The notes beneath the pieces are model-generated. The model was not told the origin of the DNA and ran no database searches. It saw nothing but the letters and a program-made list of their open reading frames with translations. From Chrysomallon squamiferum (taxonomy: Eukaryota; Animalia; Mollusca), in the NCBI GenBank assembly GCA_012295275.1, contig CM022673.1:14818001-14882000 (forward strand): a stretch of 64,000 nucleotides of DNA, read 5' to 3'. Positions 1-13,554 of this stretch are shown here, piece after piece (the stretch's first letter is position 1; every line of letters starts with the position of its first letter). The position numbers and the translations under genes were made by a program.

Positions 1-202
1 GACAAATAAACAGATAAAGACAGAAAACCATGTAAACAACCAATCAGAGAAATTTGAAAGTAATTTAACTATAAAAGTTATGATATTTACTAAATTAACC
101 TTGTAACACCAGTTATCAACTATTAGTATGTATTAAACTAATATTATATATATTACAGAGTAAATACTATTAACACAAATTAACTAATAAGTGAAAACCT
201 AC

Positions 203-3200
203 ATTTGCAGGAACAGAACCATTTGTTGTCTCATCATCATCAGATGAGTCTCCCGAAGAGTTGCCTGTCCCTGCTGAGTTTGTTGAGTCTGAAATTACAT
301 TATCCTTTATTGTTAGCAAAGTTGGTAGCGCACTGTTTATCATGTTATTTGTGCTCTCTACAATCACACAATAGCTCTACATGTCTGTGTGTTGTTATTA
401 CAGATTTAAGATAACATTAACAGTTGTCAGTGATATAAATAAGTATTAAAGTCAGTGAGATAAGATATGATAATGTGACATGTTTATAGTGTTACAGATA
501 ACAGATAACTCACATGTTTGCGTTGTCAGTGATATAAGAAATGATAATGGGACAGGTACGAGACAACTCACATGTTTTGGAGTTGCTGTCAGAAGATAAC
601 ATGTGGTAACAAGTTAAGCAGACTCTCAGTGGTTTGTCCGACTGCTCGGGAAACGGCCATTTCTGGTTCGAACATGGATGACACACCACTTTGCCGCAGT
701 TCCTGCAGTGATGCTGTAACCACAGAAACAGAAACTACGTCAGTTATATTTAGAATACATTTCTACGAACACAAACAAAAGAAAGAAACAATAAATGAAG
801 AAAGAAAGAAAACCACAAAATAAACACACAATTTTTGTTAAAATCTGATACCAAAGGGAAATGCAATTACCTATTTAACTTTTGTTTAGAGTCAAAGTTT
901 CAGAAAAATAACGACTGTAAGACTACAATATAAATGTTTTATACAACAAAATAGTATAAAATTTGTTGGAGTTAGCCTTACTTTTAAATGTCTCACTGCC
1001 CTTTTTAGCGAACTGGCAGAACTGAGACTCTATTTTGATACAGGTTGAATTTACAGCATTATAGGACCTCAGCAAAGCAGTGTGCACTGAGGCCCCTAAC
1101 TACACAATGTTCACATAAAAATTAACTTTAATATTTGTTCATTATCTTCAGTAAAGCACATGCTAAATATGCATTTTCCAATAATGAATACTGACAGTTT
1201 ATTTTTTGTATATTTATTGACAGCTAGTCACAATAAGCATAGATTTGCATGGGGCCCCTGTGCTCATGGGGCTCTGGATAACTGCTCAGTGTGCTTGTGT
1301 GTTAAAATGTCCCTGATTCTGATATCAAAATCCTAGATCTGACTTTGTGTAATACTCTCTTTTCTCTCTGACAAGGTCTATATCAGATTTAAACATCTTG
1401 GTTGACCTACTGAATCATCTCTCTGGAACTGATATAACAAAGGTCATGCATGCACTATGCTGTCTGGGGGAAGGTGCATTTAAGAGATCCCTTGTTGCTA
1501 AATGGAAAGAGTAACTTATGAAGTGACAGCAACAGGTTTCCTCTCTGCGTTTCTGTAAGCAGAGGTGTGACACCAAACAACTGTAAACATAATGTGTCAA
1601 GTCTTAGTCGATAAAACGTTTTTATTTCTTTGTTTTTTTTATCCAATCTTTTTAAACATTATAACTTGACACACAGACTGGCTCTGTGGTGATGTTGGAG
1701 ACAAAGTTTTACTTACTCGTCTGTTGATCATGGAGAACTCATACTTGTTACAGTGCATGCACACAGTAGCAGACGAGTCAGGCATCCAGACAGGAGCCTC
1801 TTTACCAGACACTGGATCTACACCACCTGTAAATACATAAATCTAATCTACACCACTTTCAAAAGCAATTTAATCTACAGCATCCAGAAATGTATAAATC
1901 CAATCTACACGATACAGAAATGTATCTTTAATCTACATCATGTAGACAGAAACAATCTAATCTACACTTAACTGAAATTACACAAGTGTAATTTACTCCA
2001 TTTGAAAAAAGCACAAATATTAATGTAAACAACTGAAAATGGACAAACTTCAGTACCTTTTGTCATATTAAGTCTGGGTTTAAAAAAGAAGAAGATAAAA
2101 ATCAAGTAAAAACCTTTAGTTATCAAGTCATTGACACATTTTCTAATGTGAGCCATCCATTCTTTCTTCTCAGTTACTGTGGCAGCGTGAACAACAAACG
2201 ATTTGTGTGGACTGATTATCTTCCAGCCGTTCTTATTAGCTGAACCCAGACACAAAAAAAATTCTTTATTAAAATATATCTTAGAGGAACATTTTTTATA
2301 TAAAACACATTTTACACTTGCTAGACAATACTTTTAGAAATCACAGTGATATACAGAGAAGATTGAAAATATTAAAAATATTTGTTAGTGGTTTTCATTT
2401 TCACCTTTTATGTGCTTAATAAAGCTACTTAATATTATTTATATTATCACCATTTAAAAAATTACTCAAATTTATTTATATTATCATTTAATAAAACTCT
2501 AATGTTTTATTTTTATTATTATTTAATATAACTGCTCAGTTTTAAATTCATACTTGAATTATCAGGGACATCTTCTAACTTGACATCTTTGATAGGAATC
2601 ACATGTTGTTTGTTGTACTGAAAACAAAACAAGAAACCTGTGAGACATTTGTACAGTAACAAAAAACAAAAACATCAGTTTATGTCAACTGTAAACCTGT
2701 GATATACCAAATGTATTATATATTTTAATAACAAATATAGTAATGCTGTTATATTTACTTAACATAGTAAATATATCACAGCTAATTAACAAACCACTGA
2801 CAGTAATGATATTATAATTAATTAACAAACACAAACAGACAGATTACATTTATCAAACTAAAATAATCATCTCTGAATACATTTTTTTTTTTAGAAAAAT
2901 TTGTGCAAACAATGTTTTACTTACATTAATAAAAATAAATATACATTACAAAAACATGTAGGACAAAGATAAAAATAAAAAATAATAAAAAATGTCTCAC
3001 TCTTTTCTTATGTATTACAATATTTCCATACACGATGATGTCATTGAACAGAAAAAATATTCGTGGTTTTGTTTTTTTACGACACATTTTTGTGAGGACA
3101 CCTTCTCCAACCAACACCCGTCCATGTTTCTGGAGTGGCTGCAATACACAGAAATGTATTTACTTTGACAGAAACAGAAATATGTTTACACTGACAGAAA

Positions 3201-3912
3201 CAGAAATATGTTTACATTGACAGAAACAGAAATATGTTTTCATTGACAGAAACAGAAATATGTTTACAGTGACAGAAACAGAAATATGTTTACACTGACA
3301 GAAACAGAAATATGTTTACACTGACAGAAACAGAAATATGTTTATACTGAGAGAAACAGAAATATGTTTACATTGACAAAAACAGAAATATGTTTACACT
3401 GATAAAAACAGAAATATGTTTACAATAACACAAACAAATAATATAAATTAAAAAAACAGGATTATTTAAAGAAACAATACAAGCAAGTTATTACATACTC
3501 TGTATTTTATTTTATTAAGAAAAAGTAAACATACCTCACCACTGGACCCAAAACACTGCTCCACACAAGCAATGCGCCTTGCATTGGCCTCGGAATTTAC
3601 TGAAACAACAACAAAAAATTGAGAGAGAAAACAAAAAAAACTTTTAAAACTGAGTGACGAGATCTCTGTAGTGAGCACACAAATAGAATTCTGTGTTGAA
3701 AACAATTAACTGTGTACATACATATTTTAAAAAAATCAGGTTTCAGATTGCATACAGAGCTTTTTTAATTAACAGCAGGAAATGTCTCAGTCAGATTAAA
3801 ATCTGATTTGTTAAAACTGACCTCTTTTTAAAATACAATATATAAGTAAATAAATAAATAAATAAATAAATAAATACCAATGGAATGGACTTTAATATTT
3901 ATTTATGTATAC

Positions 3913-3953
<41 letters not shown>

Positions 3954-6308
3954 AATTTATTTAGTGCAAAATAGATCAGTTTTACACACACATACACACA
4001 TATTGGGTTCAGTAACATTAAATTAATATTAAAATAATAATTATCCAACATTCATAATCATAACTAGTAATATTTCCTTTTTCTTTTTCTATACTGTTAA
4101 CTCATAAAACACAAATAACTGAAATACAAGGTAGTCAATAAACCACAGATCACAAACACTACAAACCAACCTACTCAGTTTACTTAAACACCATGGAAAG
4201 TAAAACAAATGTATATTTACAAACAGTTAACAAAACCGGTTGCATACTTTTTAAATAAGAAAAAAGAAAACTCACTAATGCAATCCATGTTGTAGAAATT
4301 TGTGAACAAACAGATTAGTCCTTCCTACTAGACTATGATCTAATTCAGAGGTCAGATATTTTGACAATAACAGATACTGTTACAGGAAGAAATAGCACAC
4401 TATAAATATAACATATCCCTTTACTGTACACGACAGAGGTAAGTCATTTTCAAGTTAATCACATCGTTTTTACTTCTGAATACATATTTATTTATTTAAT
4501 TATGTGTTAAAAAAATGTATTTTTGTATTTATTGTTGTATTATTTATAAGCATGCAGAAAAAAAAGGAATGTTGTTTTCAAACACAAATTAATTTGTGTG
4601 TATCATAAAGGTATTTAAAAATATACTTTATGCTATGTGAAACAAAATTTATTATTTCAAAATTTATTTTCTGTTTTTATTATTTTCTATTTTTAGTATT
4701 TTTATTTATTTACTTTATTATTATTATCTTAAATGTATCAGTATGTTACAAAACATAATCGTCTGATTGATAAACTGAACTGCTTAATTTTCATCACTAC
4801 ACTTTTGTTATCAGCAACCTAATCAGACAGCTGTGTTATTTCATGACAGGCACTGCCTGTCAAAAACAAGAATAATGTTTAATACTTTGTAGTTTTCAGT
4901 CTAAATGAATGTTTATCTTTTAGAATCAACACTGGAAAAATTTCAGAAGAGACATAAGCTTTTTACTCTCGGATTTAATGAGATATTACTAAATTATCTT
5001 ATAACACATCTAGATTTTTATACTGAGTATATAACAAAATAAAGAAATAAATAAAATTATAATAATAAAGTACAAAATATGCAAGCATGTGATGAATCTA
5101 AGCAACTTTCCTGTGATAAACAATATTTTTATTTTCTTCTCCTTTTTACCACATTCCTCTATAAAAAGTCAAAAAACAACCACAAAAGTGTCATGACAGC
5201 TCTGTCTCATGAGGTATTTATCTCAGTAACTATTTGTATATGTAACATATTATACAGAATGTATTGCTGACTAAAATTCTATTAATTCACAGAAAGGTCA
5301 AACAATCACCCTGAAGTATACAAAAATGTACTTATCACTATGAATGAAAATATCTGAGCAGCATCAGCAAATTTTGAACCCTTGTTCCACCACATGTCTA
5401 GAGATAACTATAAGCTACAATTTTATCTGTAAAATTACCGCATTCACAATATTGGTGTTTTAATCTTCAGTTGATTTAAGTGAGAGATGAGTGAAATAAA
5501 AATTAATTAATGGGGAAACTGTGAAGATATTAAATCATGTATCTGCTGTAAAACCTAAAACTGGATTTTGAAAAAAAAAAAAAAAAAATTTCAGTGAAAT
5601 ACTTGCACACACTTAACAGTAATAAAATACAAGCAAGAACAAGATAAATATAAATGATGATAGTGATTAAATAAATAAAATATTACAAGATAGTCGGATA
5701 ATTAATCCATCCATCACTCTGTTTAATCATCAATCAAATTATTTCTGTAACATTTTAAATATCAGAAATCATTTTACCAACTCCTGTTAGTTAATCTTTG
5801 TCAAAAACAAACTGATATCTCAATTAAATATTCATCAGAACCAATCAATAAACTGTTTAAAGCACATCCAATATCCTCAGTTTAATTCAGATATTTCATT
5901 TGTTTAACTATTATTTCACAACTAATTTAACTGGTAATCAGATGTATGAACTTGTGTGTGTACTTCATCTGTATGATTTCAGTAAATATTAATTAATTAT
6001 TGAATTATACTTAATTCAAATATTTTATTAATTCACAATTTATTTATCACACTAGGATATCAACAAATCCAAAAATATTTTATAAACCTCAATTATTTGA
6101 TAATACAAGAACACATATCTATACTTGAGATGATATCTGTTTAGTTTAACATTAATGATTAAAGCTTGTAAGTTTATATGTAAAGTTAACTGACATTTAT
6201 ACTTAAAAATTAATAACATTTCTCTTTATGAATGATGTAACATATATATATATTATAAACAATAAATTAATTTAAAAAATTATAATCTGCTGAACTCTTT
6301 TTCTCTAT

Positions 6309-6348
<40 letters not shown>

Positions 6349-6850
6349 TACAAGAAACAGAAAGCAAAAATGTTTTTTCATTAAACTGTTGTTGTTTTTT
6401 TTGGGTTTTTTTGTAATGTTCTATTATTAATCACATGAATGGCTGAGTAATAATACTAATAATAATGGGTTTAAAAAGTAAACTAAAACTAAATTTACAT
6501 TGTTTTAGCACATTTTTAGTACTTTATTTTAATTTCTGTCATAATTAATCAACAAATTCTGATAATGGAAAGAAAAGTACAGGTGTCTAAATTTATACAT
6601 ATGAAGTCGAACCCTTCTCGGCTTCTGGCATGTTAAGTTAACAACTTAAATAATAAAGTTGTTTACAAAATGTCAAAAAATATTTTAAAGTATAGATTAT
6701 ACTGTCAAATTAAAATGAATACTCATACTGATGGTAACGTTTGCTTAAAATATTGTCAACTTGTATCCTCATTCTGAATACAGAAATAGTTATTCAAATG
6801 AGTTAGGTAATCAAACATAACTTTAAGAACTTACCTAACCTATCAACCAT
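203..6850 (-). CDS. PLEKHF2: Pleckstrin homology and FYVE domain protein phafin2 (PLEKHF2-like). Coding exons 6850-6835, 3599-3535, 3138-3001, 2617-2554, 2239-2114, 1826-1717, 713-572, 288-203. The 3' end either reads on to TAA at 170 or splices out of the window.
   Basis: Spliced translation MVDRLVNSEANARRIACVEQCFGSSGE-PLQKHGRVLVGEGVLTKMCRKK...YNKQHVIP...KSFVVHAATVTEKKEWMAHI (PH domain), then WMPDSSATVCMHC...RRHHCRNCGKVVCHPCS...LRVCLTC (FYVE) and an acidic SSDDDE tail. All introns are GT-AG with consistent phases. Confidence 0.95.
1041..1315. mobile_element. Degenerate non-autonomous DNA element (MITE-like) in a PLEKHF2 intron
   Basis: GC-richer island with cagg...ccctg ends and internal ggcccc/ggggcccc sub-terminal motifs. 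The TIRs are eroded. Confidence 0.35.
1400..1640 (+). mobile_element. Degenerate SINE resembling the mollusc Meta/MESC-type core
   Basis: aactgatataacaaaggtcatgcatgcactatgctgtctgggggaaggtgcatttaagagatcccttgttgctaaatggaaagagtaac...caggtttcctctct resembles a gastropod SINE core as I recall it. A second related copy lies at about 16480-16690. Confidence 0.65.
1815..1970. repeat. Degenerate ~30-bp tandem repeat (aatctacac...) starting across the PLEKHF2 exon 6 acceptor
   Basis: atctaca recurs about six times at ~30-bp spacing, and the first copy lies inside the exon. Confidence 0.6.
3165..3428. repeat. 26-bp minisatellite (tgacagaaacagaaatatgtttacac), about 10 copies
   Basis: Directly visible near-perfect tandem array next to the PLEKHF2 exon 3 acceptor. 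Confidence 0.95.
3914..3952. repeat. (TG)n microsatellite
   Basis: Pure dinucleotide run. Confidence 0.95.
4276..4288 (-). other. Candidate alternative first coding exon of PLEKHF2 (ATG GAT TGC ATT A|gtgagt)
   Basis: ATG followed by a consensus GTGAGT donor in the same phase (1) as the main first exon. It would give MDCIINSEAN instead of MVDRLVNSEAN. Confidence 0.45.
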
Positions 6851-7130
6851 CTTAAACTTCTTAACTGTGCATATTTGCATTGATACGCTTGTGATTCATA
6901 TGCGGATGATGCTAAGTCATCGGCAAATTCCGTTATGAGATCCCGGCAATTTTCGGAATATTATTTTAAAGAGACCGGAATATGTCGAAAATAATCGATA
7001 TATTCCGAATTACACACTGAGGAAGTAGTCACATGATTTAGATAGACCGAACACATCAAATATTTTCGCAAAATACTGGATACGAAATAAGCTGTCACTG
7101 CGGATATATTTATAAATTTACTCTTTTGCG
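6851..7130. promoter_or_regulatory. Bidirectional promoter shared by PLEKHF2 and RNASEK
   Basis: 280 bp separate the divergent ATGs. The region is locally CpG-rich with several CGGAA/TTCCG ETS-like cores and the E-box GTCACATGA at 7028-7036. Confidence 0.75.
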
Positions 7131-8408
7131 ATGGTTAGTTGTCATATTTTCGGCCCGAAATTGTCGGTGTACTGCATGATTTTAAGTGTCTGGGGTGTTA
7201 TAATGCTGGTAGGTATTTACCTTTTATCTAGTAAATTAACAATTTTAGTTGTATCCGGAAATTTAATCTCGGTATCTATTTCTTCACTTATGGCATGCCT
7301 TTGCCACTAAATATCTGTTGTAATGTTAATAACTAAAAACCAGTTTAAAAACAGTAACATAATGGGACAACTGAAATTACTAATTACTAAATTAGGTAGG
7401 TAAATATGTGAAACTCAGTGCCAAACAATTAAAACTAAATCTAGTCCATAACAGTTTAACTAGATCCATCATAATATTAATACAATATTGAATATAATAT
7501 TGCACACTGTTTGTGTCTCTTCTGATATCTGTCTTTTTAAAAAAAAAAAAAAAATATAAATAAATAATAAAAATCTTTTAAGTAAAGAGGAATACTGCCT
7601 TGGAATGAATTACCAAATGAAATTAAGTATTGGTCATAATTGAGATAATCATGCCTTGAAAATAGTTGGTGTAAATCATCATGGATTAACAAGTTTATCT
7701 GTTGTTTTTATTAACATCTTGAAATTTCCTTTTTGTTTTACTGACTAATTACTAAGTGTGTGGATAAACTTTATTTTATTTTGTTAGTTAATGCTGTATC
7801 ATTATAATTGTATTGTCCAGTAAATGTAAATTTACCATTGGTTGCAGTAAATGTAAAAAAAAAAAAAAAAAAAAATATTGTTATTTTAATCTTGTAAAGC
7901 AGTCATGGTTAAATGTGTGGCTGTAGGGCTTTCTGAATGACATGCCCAATTTCATGAGGAAAATAACATTTAGTAGTATATCCTGCATCTTTAAAAAAGT
8001 TGCCCATGCCTACTGTAAAGGCAAATAGTGTGGCTCAAAACCAGACTGAAAGATGATATAGATGGTGTTCCTACACAGTGATGGCAAAATTTGATATATG
8101 TAGATCTGTGTTTTATGCACCAGTCTGATAAAATTTGTTTTTACTATAAAGTGTTTAACTGTGTTGCTGTTCTACTTGATTTACAGGGTTTGCTGGGAAT
8201 ATTCTTCTACATTCGAAGTCCTAACCTGTTTGAAGATTTACCAGTGAATAACTGGAAAGAAAACAATTTTACAAAAGAGTACATCACAAAGAAGTATGAA
8301 CAGAACGCCATTAACTGCTGGATAGCAGCTGGGCTCTACGTTGTCCTTGGCATTTTCAGCTTCACACAGCAACGTATGAACTCTAGAGCCAACTATGAAA
8401 TGTCTTGA
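7131..8408 (+). CDS. RNASEK: Ribonuclease kappa / V-ATPase subunit f (99 aa). Exons 7131-7208 and 8187-8408.
   Basis: MVSCHIFGPKLSVYCMILSVWGVIML|GLLGIFFYIRSPNLFEDLP...YEQNAINCWIAAGLYVVLGIFSFTQQRMNSRANYEMS* has two TM helices and the GPKL and YEQxAxNCxIAA signatures of RNASEK. Confidence 0.93.
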
Positions 8409-10492
8409 TTTTTTTCTGTTTTTTTTTTGTTTACATTAATAAGAAATTCATGTGAACACTCAGAATAAAGAAAACATTTAATAATAAAGAGGTCTGCAGC
8501 ATGATGGTTGTCAGTTTAATCCAAAATAAAAGGAATAATTATTGTTGTGGAACATGTAGATGGAATGTACAGTGAAAGTTGATTGATAAATAAAACTTAC
8601 TCACTAACTGACACTAGAATTCATCATGTAATATCTTGTTTTCAGTTTGATCCAGTCATGTTGTAATTCATAGTAAATCATGTAGTCTGCAATACAGTAA
8701 AATAAATTTAAAAAAAAAAATTTTTTTTATCTAAATATGTTTTTTTAAATAGTGTTATATGTGCATGTGTATATAGATAGAAATACATAAATATTAAGAA
8801 ACTGCAGTTACATGTATTCGTATATGAACTTGATGAAGCATTTATATATGTAGTATTATCTAAACTGTGTTTATAAGGATATTTATAATCTGGGTAACAA
8901 AATATTTATTATACTAAACAATGCTATGCATGAACAACAATGTGTTCATTAATATTTTCATTTTCTGAAATTTCAGCAAGTTCTCTGTATTTGGCAAGTT
9001 TTGTTTTGTTAAAAGTGCAATAAGTTATAAAAATGTTACATGTCAGTTGTTCATCTTGAAATTAAATGGGTTTTGGAGGGATTTTTCTTCTTAGTCTGAA
9101 AAACTTAAAAAAAGACTCAGCACTAACAGAGTATCATTATTCTGTTAACATTCCAAACATTGCCACTTGTTTTATCTTTCTTTCACATCAGCTGTCAAAT
9201 ATTTGTTGAATTAGTGTAATTAAAAAATGATATCTTATCAGTTTGTTTTGTTATATTTTTACAACTCTACATCCCAGTAAAAACACAGGTAAAAATTTGT
9301 TCTTTATCACATTTGGTTTTCTGAAGAAAATTAATTCATAATTTAAGAGCAGTTTATATTTACACTATATCTATTTTACCCCTGTGACAGAATAAAAAGA
9401 AATGTCATAAATCTTCAATTCATAACATTTATGTTCAGTAATATAGAAGTTTCATCTTAAAATGTGGAGTTCAAATGTAATATTCCATGTATCTAACATA
9501 TTGATAAAGATTTTCTCCACCATTTTAAGAATAAATAAACTGAACAAGGATCTGTGTACTTTGTTTATTACAGGAATGTTCAAGAATCCACCCTAAACAA
9601 ATCATAATCTGTGTAACAAAAATCTGTTTCAACATGATCAAATATACCACACAGCTTATTAAAACAGCTGAAAAATATTTTAAAAATTAACTGTTCTTAC
9701 AAGATCTGCTAAAATTCTCATGTAAGGAGGTTGATGAAAAAAATGTAATTTTGTATTAAAATACACAAATCAAATATTCAGATTCAACTTTTGTGCTGAA
9801 TGATGCTATCAGACATTTAATATGAAAAATTTCACGCAGTTATTTTTTGTAATTTATTTTTTACTTCAATAATTAAGTGATATAAAGATATGTAGGCATG
9901 TAGCCCCACAAACATTTCTGTGTAAATATTCAAACAGTTTGGTAATAATTTAATCAATACTCCAAGACATGACAGTCTCTATTACCTACAACAAATTACT
10001 ACATTTCATCCAAGTTATTTTTAAAATATATTTTCAGATATTAACGTCCCAGCATTTCGATAATGTTTGTTTTCCATATTACAGTCTTATTTCACCTACT
10101 ACAATTTGATAAATATTCCATTTCACTGATGTGTTGATTATTAAATACAAAACAGCTTGGCATTTTAATACAAATATTTTCAACATCTGTTCCAAGCATG
10201 CATATTTGTTTTTTTGAAGAATTATGATAATTGAAGAGCAAACACCTGAGCTCTTCACTAATTTACTTGTTGCCATGATAGAATTAAACCAACATCTTCA
10301 AACCTGAATTAATTACATCAAGTAATTTGTATCCACTAATTAAAATGTTCCATCTCAAAATTTTGTTGTGCATAACTAAATTTATTATTTTGCATGCAAT
10401 ATAAAGTTTTTCATTATTCTTTTTACATCGAATATTCGTTACTGAAGGAAACTTCAGACATGTCTGTATTTATTGTGTTAAATAAGTTTGTT

Positions 10493-13400
10493 TCATGTAT
10501 TTCTCCCATCTCTCTCCTTATCACTGTGTTCAAGTTCGTAGGCAGGTTTGTAACACACTATTCCCTGTGAGTCAATGTACTGAAGTGTTGGGTTAGGGTG
10601 AGTGTTGTTCATACTTCCTAACGAGGTGTACCTGTAAGTATACCAGATATATAAAATACAGTAAACTCGATACTTTAATTATAAAAACATTTAAAATAGA
10701 AAACTGGATGGTAAATATGCAACAGTTGTATAAATATTCAACAATGCTTTGATGCTTAAATATATACTTTTATATGATTATTAAATATTCAATGTACCAG
10801 TAGCTGACCATTAAACACATAATACATTTTATAAATGTAACATTACAACTGACCCTCTGTCATACAGACTACAGTAAGGCAAACTAAGACTTCTAAGAAA
10901 GTGCCAGATGTCCTGGTATGTCCAGTCCAGCAGTGGATTTACTCTCATGAACTGTGGCCAGTCTGGATCAGTCATTGTAAATGATGTCAGACCATCTGCA
11001 AAATGACCAACACATAGAATTGATAACAACAGTTCTGCAGATTTCATGTTATAAAAAAATGATAAAAAACATTTTTCATCTGTTACTGGTGAGCAACTTT
11101 TGCCAATAACAAAATATATAAATTAAATAACAAGTTTGAAAGGATATATTGAGGCTGACATTTTATAATCATTTTAAAGATTTGTTATTATCAAACTTTA
11201 TTATCAGCAAACTCTAAGTTGTTCGAAATAAAAGGATATTCAAATTTATTTAGTTATTTGTTATTTTATTATACTTTATTATTAGCAAACTCTAGTTGTT
11301 AGTGATAAAAGTTATTTGGAAGTACACAAAATTTATTTAGCTATTTGTACTGCCAGAGTTACACATCTTGTCTGAGTTCTTTTGTTTTTAATGTATTAGA
11401 ATCACCATGTTAATCAAAAATAGAGAACATTTATTTACGTGAAAAAGGATCAGTTTGTCTGGTTCCCATGACAACTGCTTTCATATCTGGATGTTGAATT
11501 TGAAGTTCTTTAAGACAACCTTTGATTCTTCCATTAAAATGAAGCATTTCCAAGTTGTACCTAAAATAAAAGTAAATAAAAATGTTACAATACCTTTTTT
11601 TTAAAGGCAAAAAAAACATTTAACAATCAAAAAGACATTTCAAAATATTGTTATTCAGTATTAATAGTGGATGTCAAACAAACAGTTTTTGTTTAAAGAT
11701 TTGAGTTAATGCATAGTTTTTATTTACAAATCATGGTGTAGGGTTCCTACACTTGCACATATTTCTAAGTGAAAACTACTGTGAACCCTATAAGACGTAG
11801 TGCTTTAAAAACTGCTGATTCCTCTCACTAGTTCAGTGTCTACAGAAACAAACACTTCACTTACCTGTCTCTAGAAATCTGGATGAACTTTTCCACTTCT
11901 GGAAAAGGAAGCTTGCTACGGATATACAGAGCTTGCAACTTTTCTTTATAGTCAGGAAATTTTCTATAATTAAATAAAAATAAAAAATAATAAAAAATAA
12001 AAAACAGATGAAAAAATTCCAATCAATACTGTAATTACTACACAAAGAAATGTTTTTTGACAGAATGTAAACTTTACATTTATTAATCGATTGTGATAAA
12101 ATGTTAAATTCTGAAAAGGAACAAAACAAAGAGAAAGAATTATTTTAAATTTAGTACTTGACTTTTTAAAATTAAATTATATCCATTCTTAAATGTAAGA
12201 AACTGTAGAGGATTTAACAGGTTACATATGTAATGTCAGTTGTGCAATGATAAAATTATTTTTGTTTATTGTTTGCAATTGCTTGAACTGACCCTTCACA
12301 TCCTAATTAGCATCAACAATACTTTCTTTAACAGTATTTCAAACATTATAACAATATTTTAACAGATGTTAACTATCTCAATACATTTTAACAATATCTT
12401 AACACATTTTAACAGTGTGATTATTTCTTATCAACAACATTACCATTTGTTTCTAAATGTCTGGACTCTGGCTGGAAATGACAATTATGTTGATTTTCTG
12501 TCACCTAACTGAATGTGATGAACTATCCAGAAGTCTACTTGTAATAACATCTTAGTGGTTTAGTCTTTAAAATAAAAGTTTTTTCCTGAATTACAAAATA
12601 TTGTGATTTTTATCATAATTTGTTTGCAGCATTTACCTTTTTGCAACAGCATAAAATAAATGTAGTAAAACAGTGCAGTCCTTTCCACCATTGAAACCAA
12701 CACACACCTCATCCAGTCTGAAATGTTTGTTTTTAAGTAAACAAATCAACTCAACTTTAAACACAGTCACAAAGTTAGTTTTTATGTACACAAATCATAA
12801 ACAGAATTAACCTATTTTACTTACAAAATACAATAAATGTCACAGTAATGTAACATGAATAATTTCTGTTTTAAACAAATACTGTTTACATAAAAATATT
12901 ATTTGAATAATAATAATTTAAATAAAAATAAATTCTACATATAAAAATAAATTATATTTTTTGTTCTTGCAAAATTCACAATATAATGATTTGTAGCAAT
13001 AAAAATAACATTATTATTATTATTATTATTACTGTTGTTGTTGTTGTTGTTGTTGTTGTTATTGACATTTAGTATTGTAATAATACAGTAGAGAGAGTTG
13101 AACTTAAAGATGGATATACATAGGTTTCAAAATTTAAAACTTGACAAAAGACAAAGTTCTAAATAATTAAACAGATCTCTGTTGTTTTACAAACCTGTAT
13201 TTATTTAGACACTCATCAAGAACATCAACAGCGTGACGGACGTGGTTGCTGAACTGATTTGTCTCACTCGACGTAACAATGTCACTGATGCGTTTAACAG
13301 CATTTCCTATAGGGTTGTTATCATAGCTGATCACTGAACCTGCATCATTAAAACATCAACACCATATTTCATCAACATTTTAAAAACCTCATCAATATTT

Positions 13401-13519
13401 TTAAATTCTTCATCAGTGGTTTAAAAAGAAAGGTGAAGTTTAGTACAAAAGGTGATTATTTTGCTCACATTGATCCCCTGCATGAACCCTGAATATTTAG
13501 TTATAAATGTACCCAGGGT

Positions 13520-13554
<35 letters not shown>

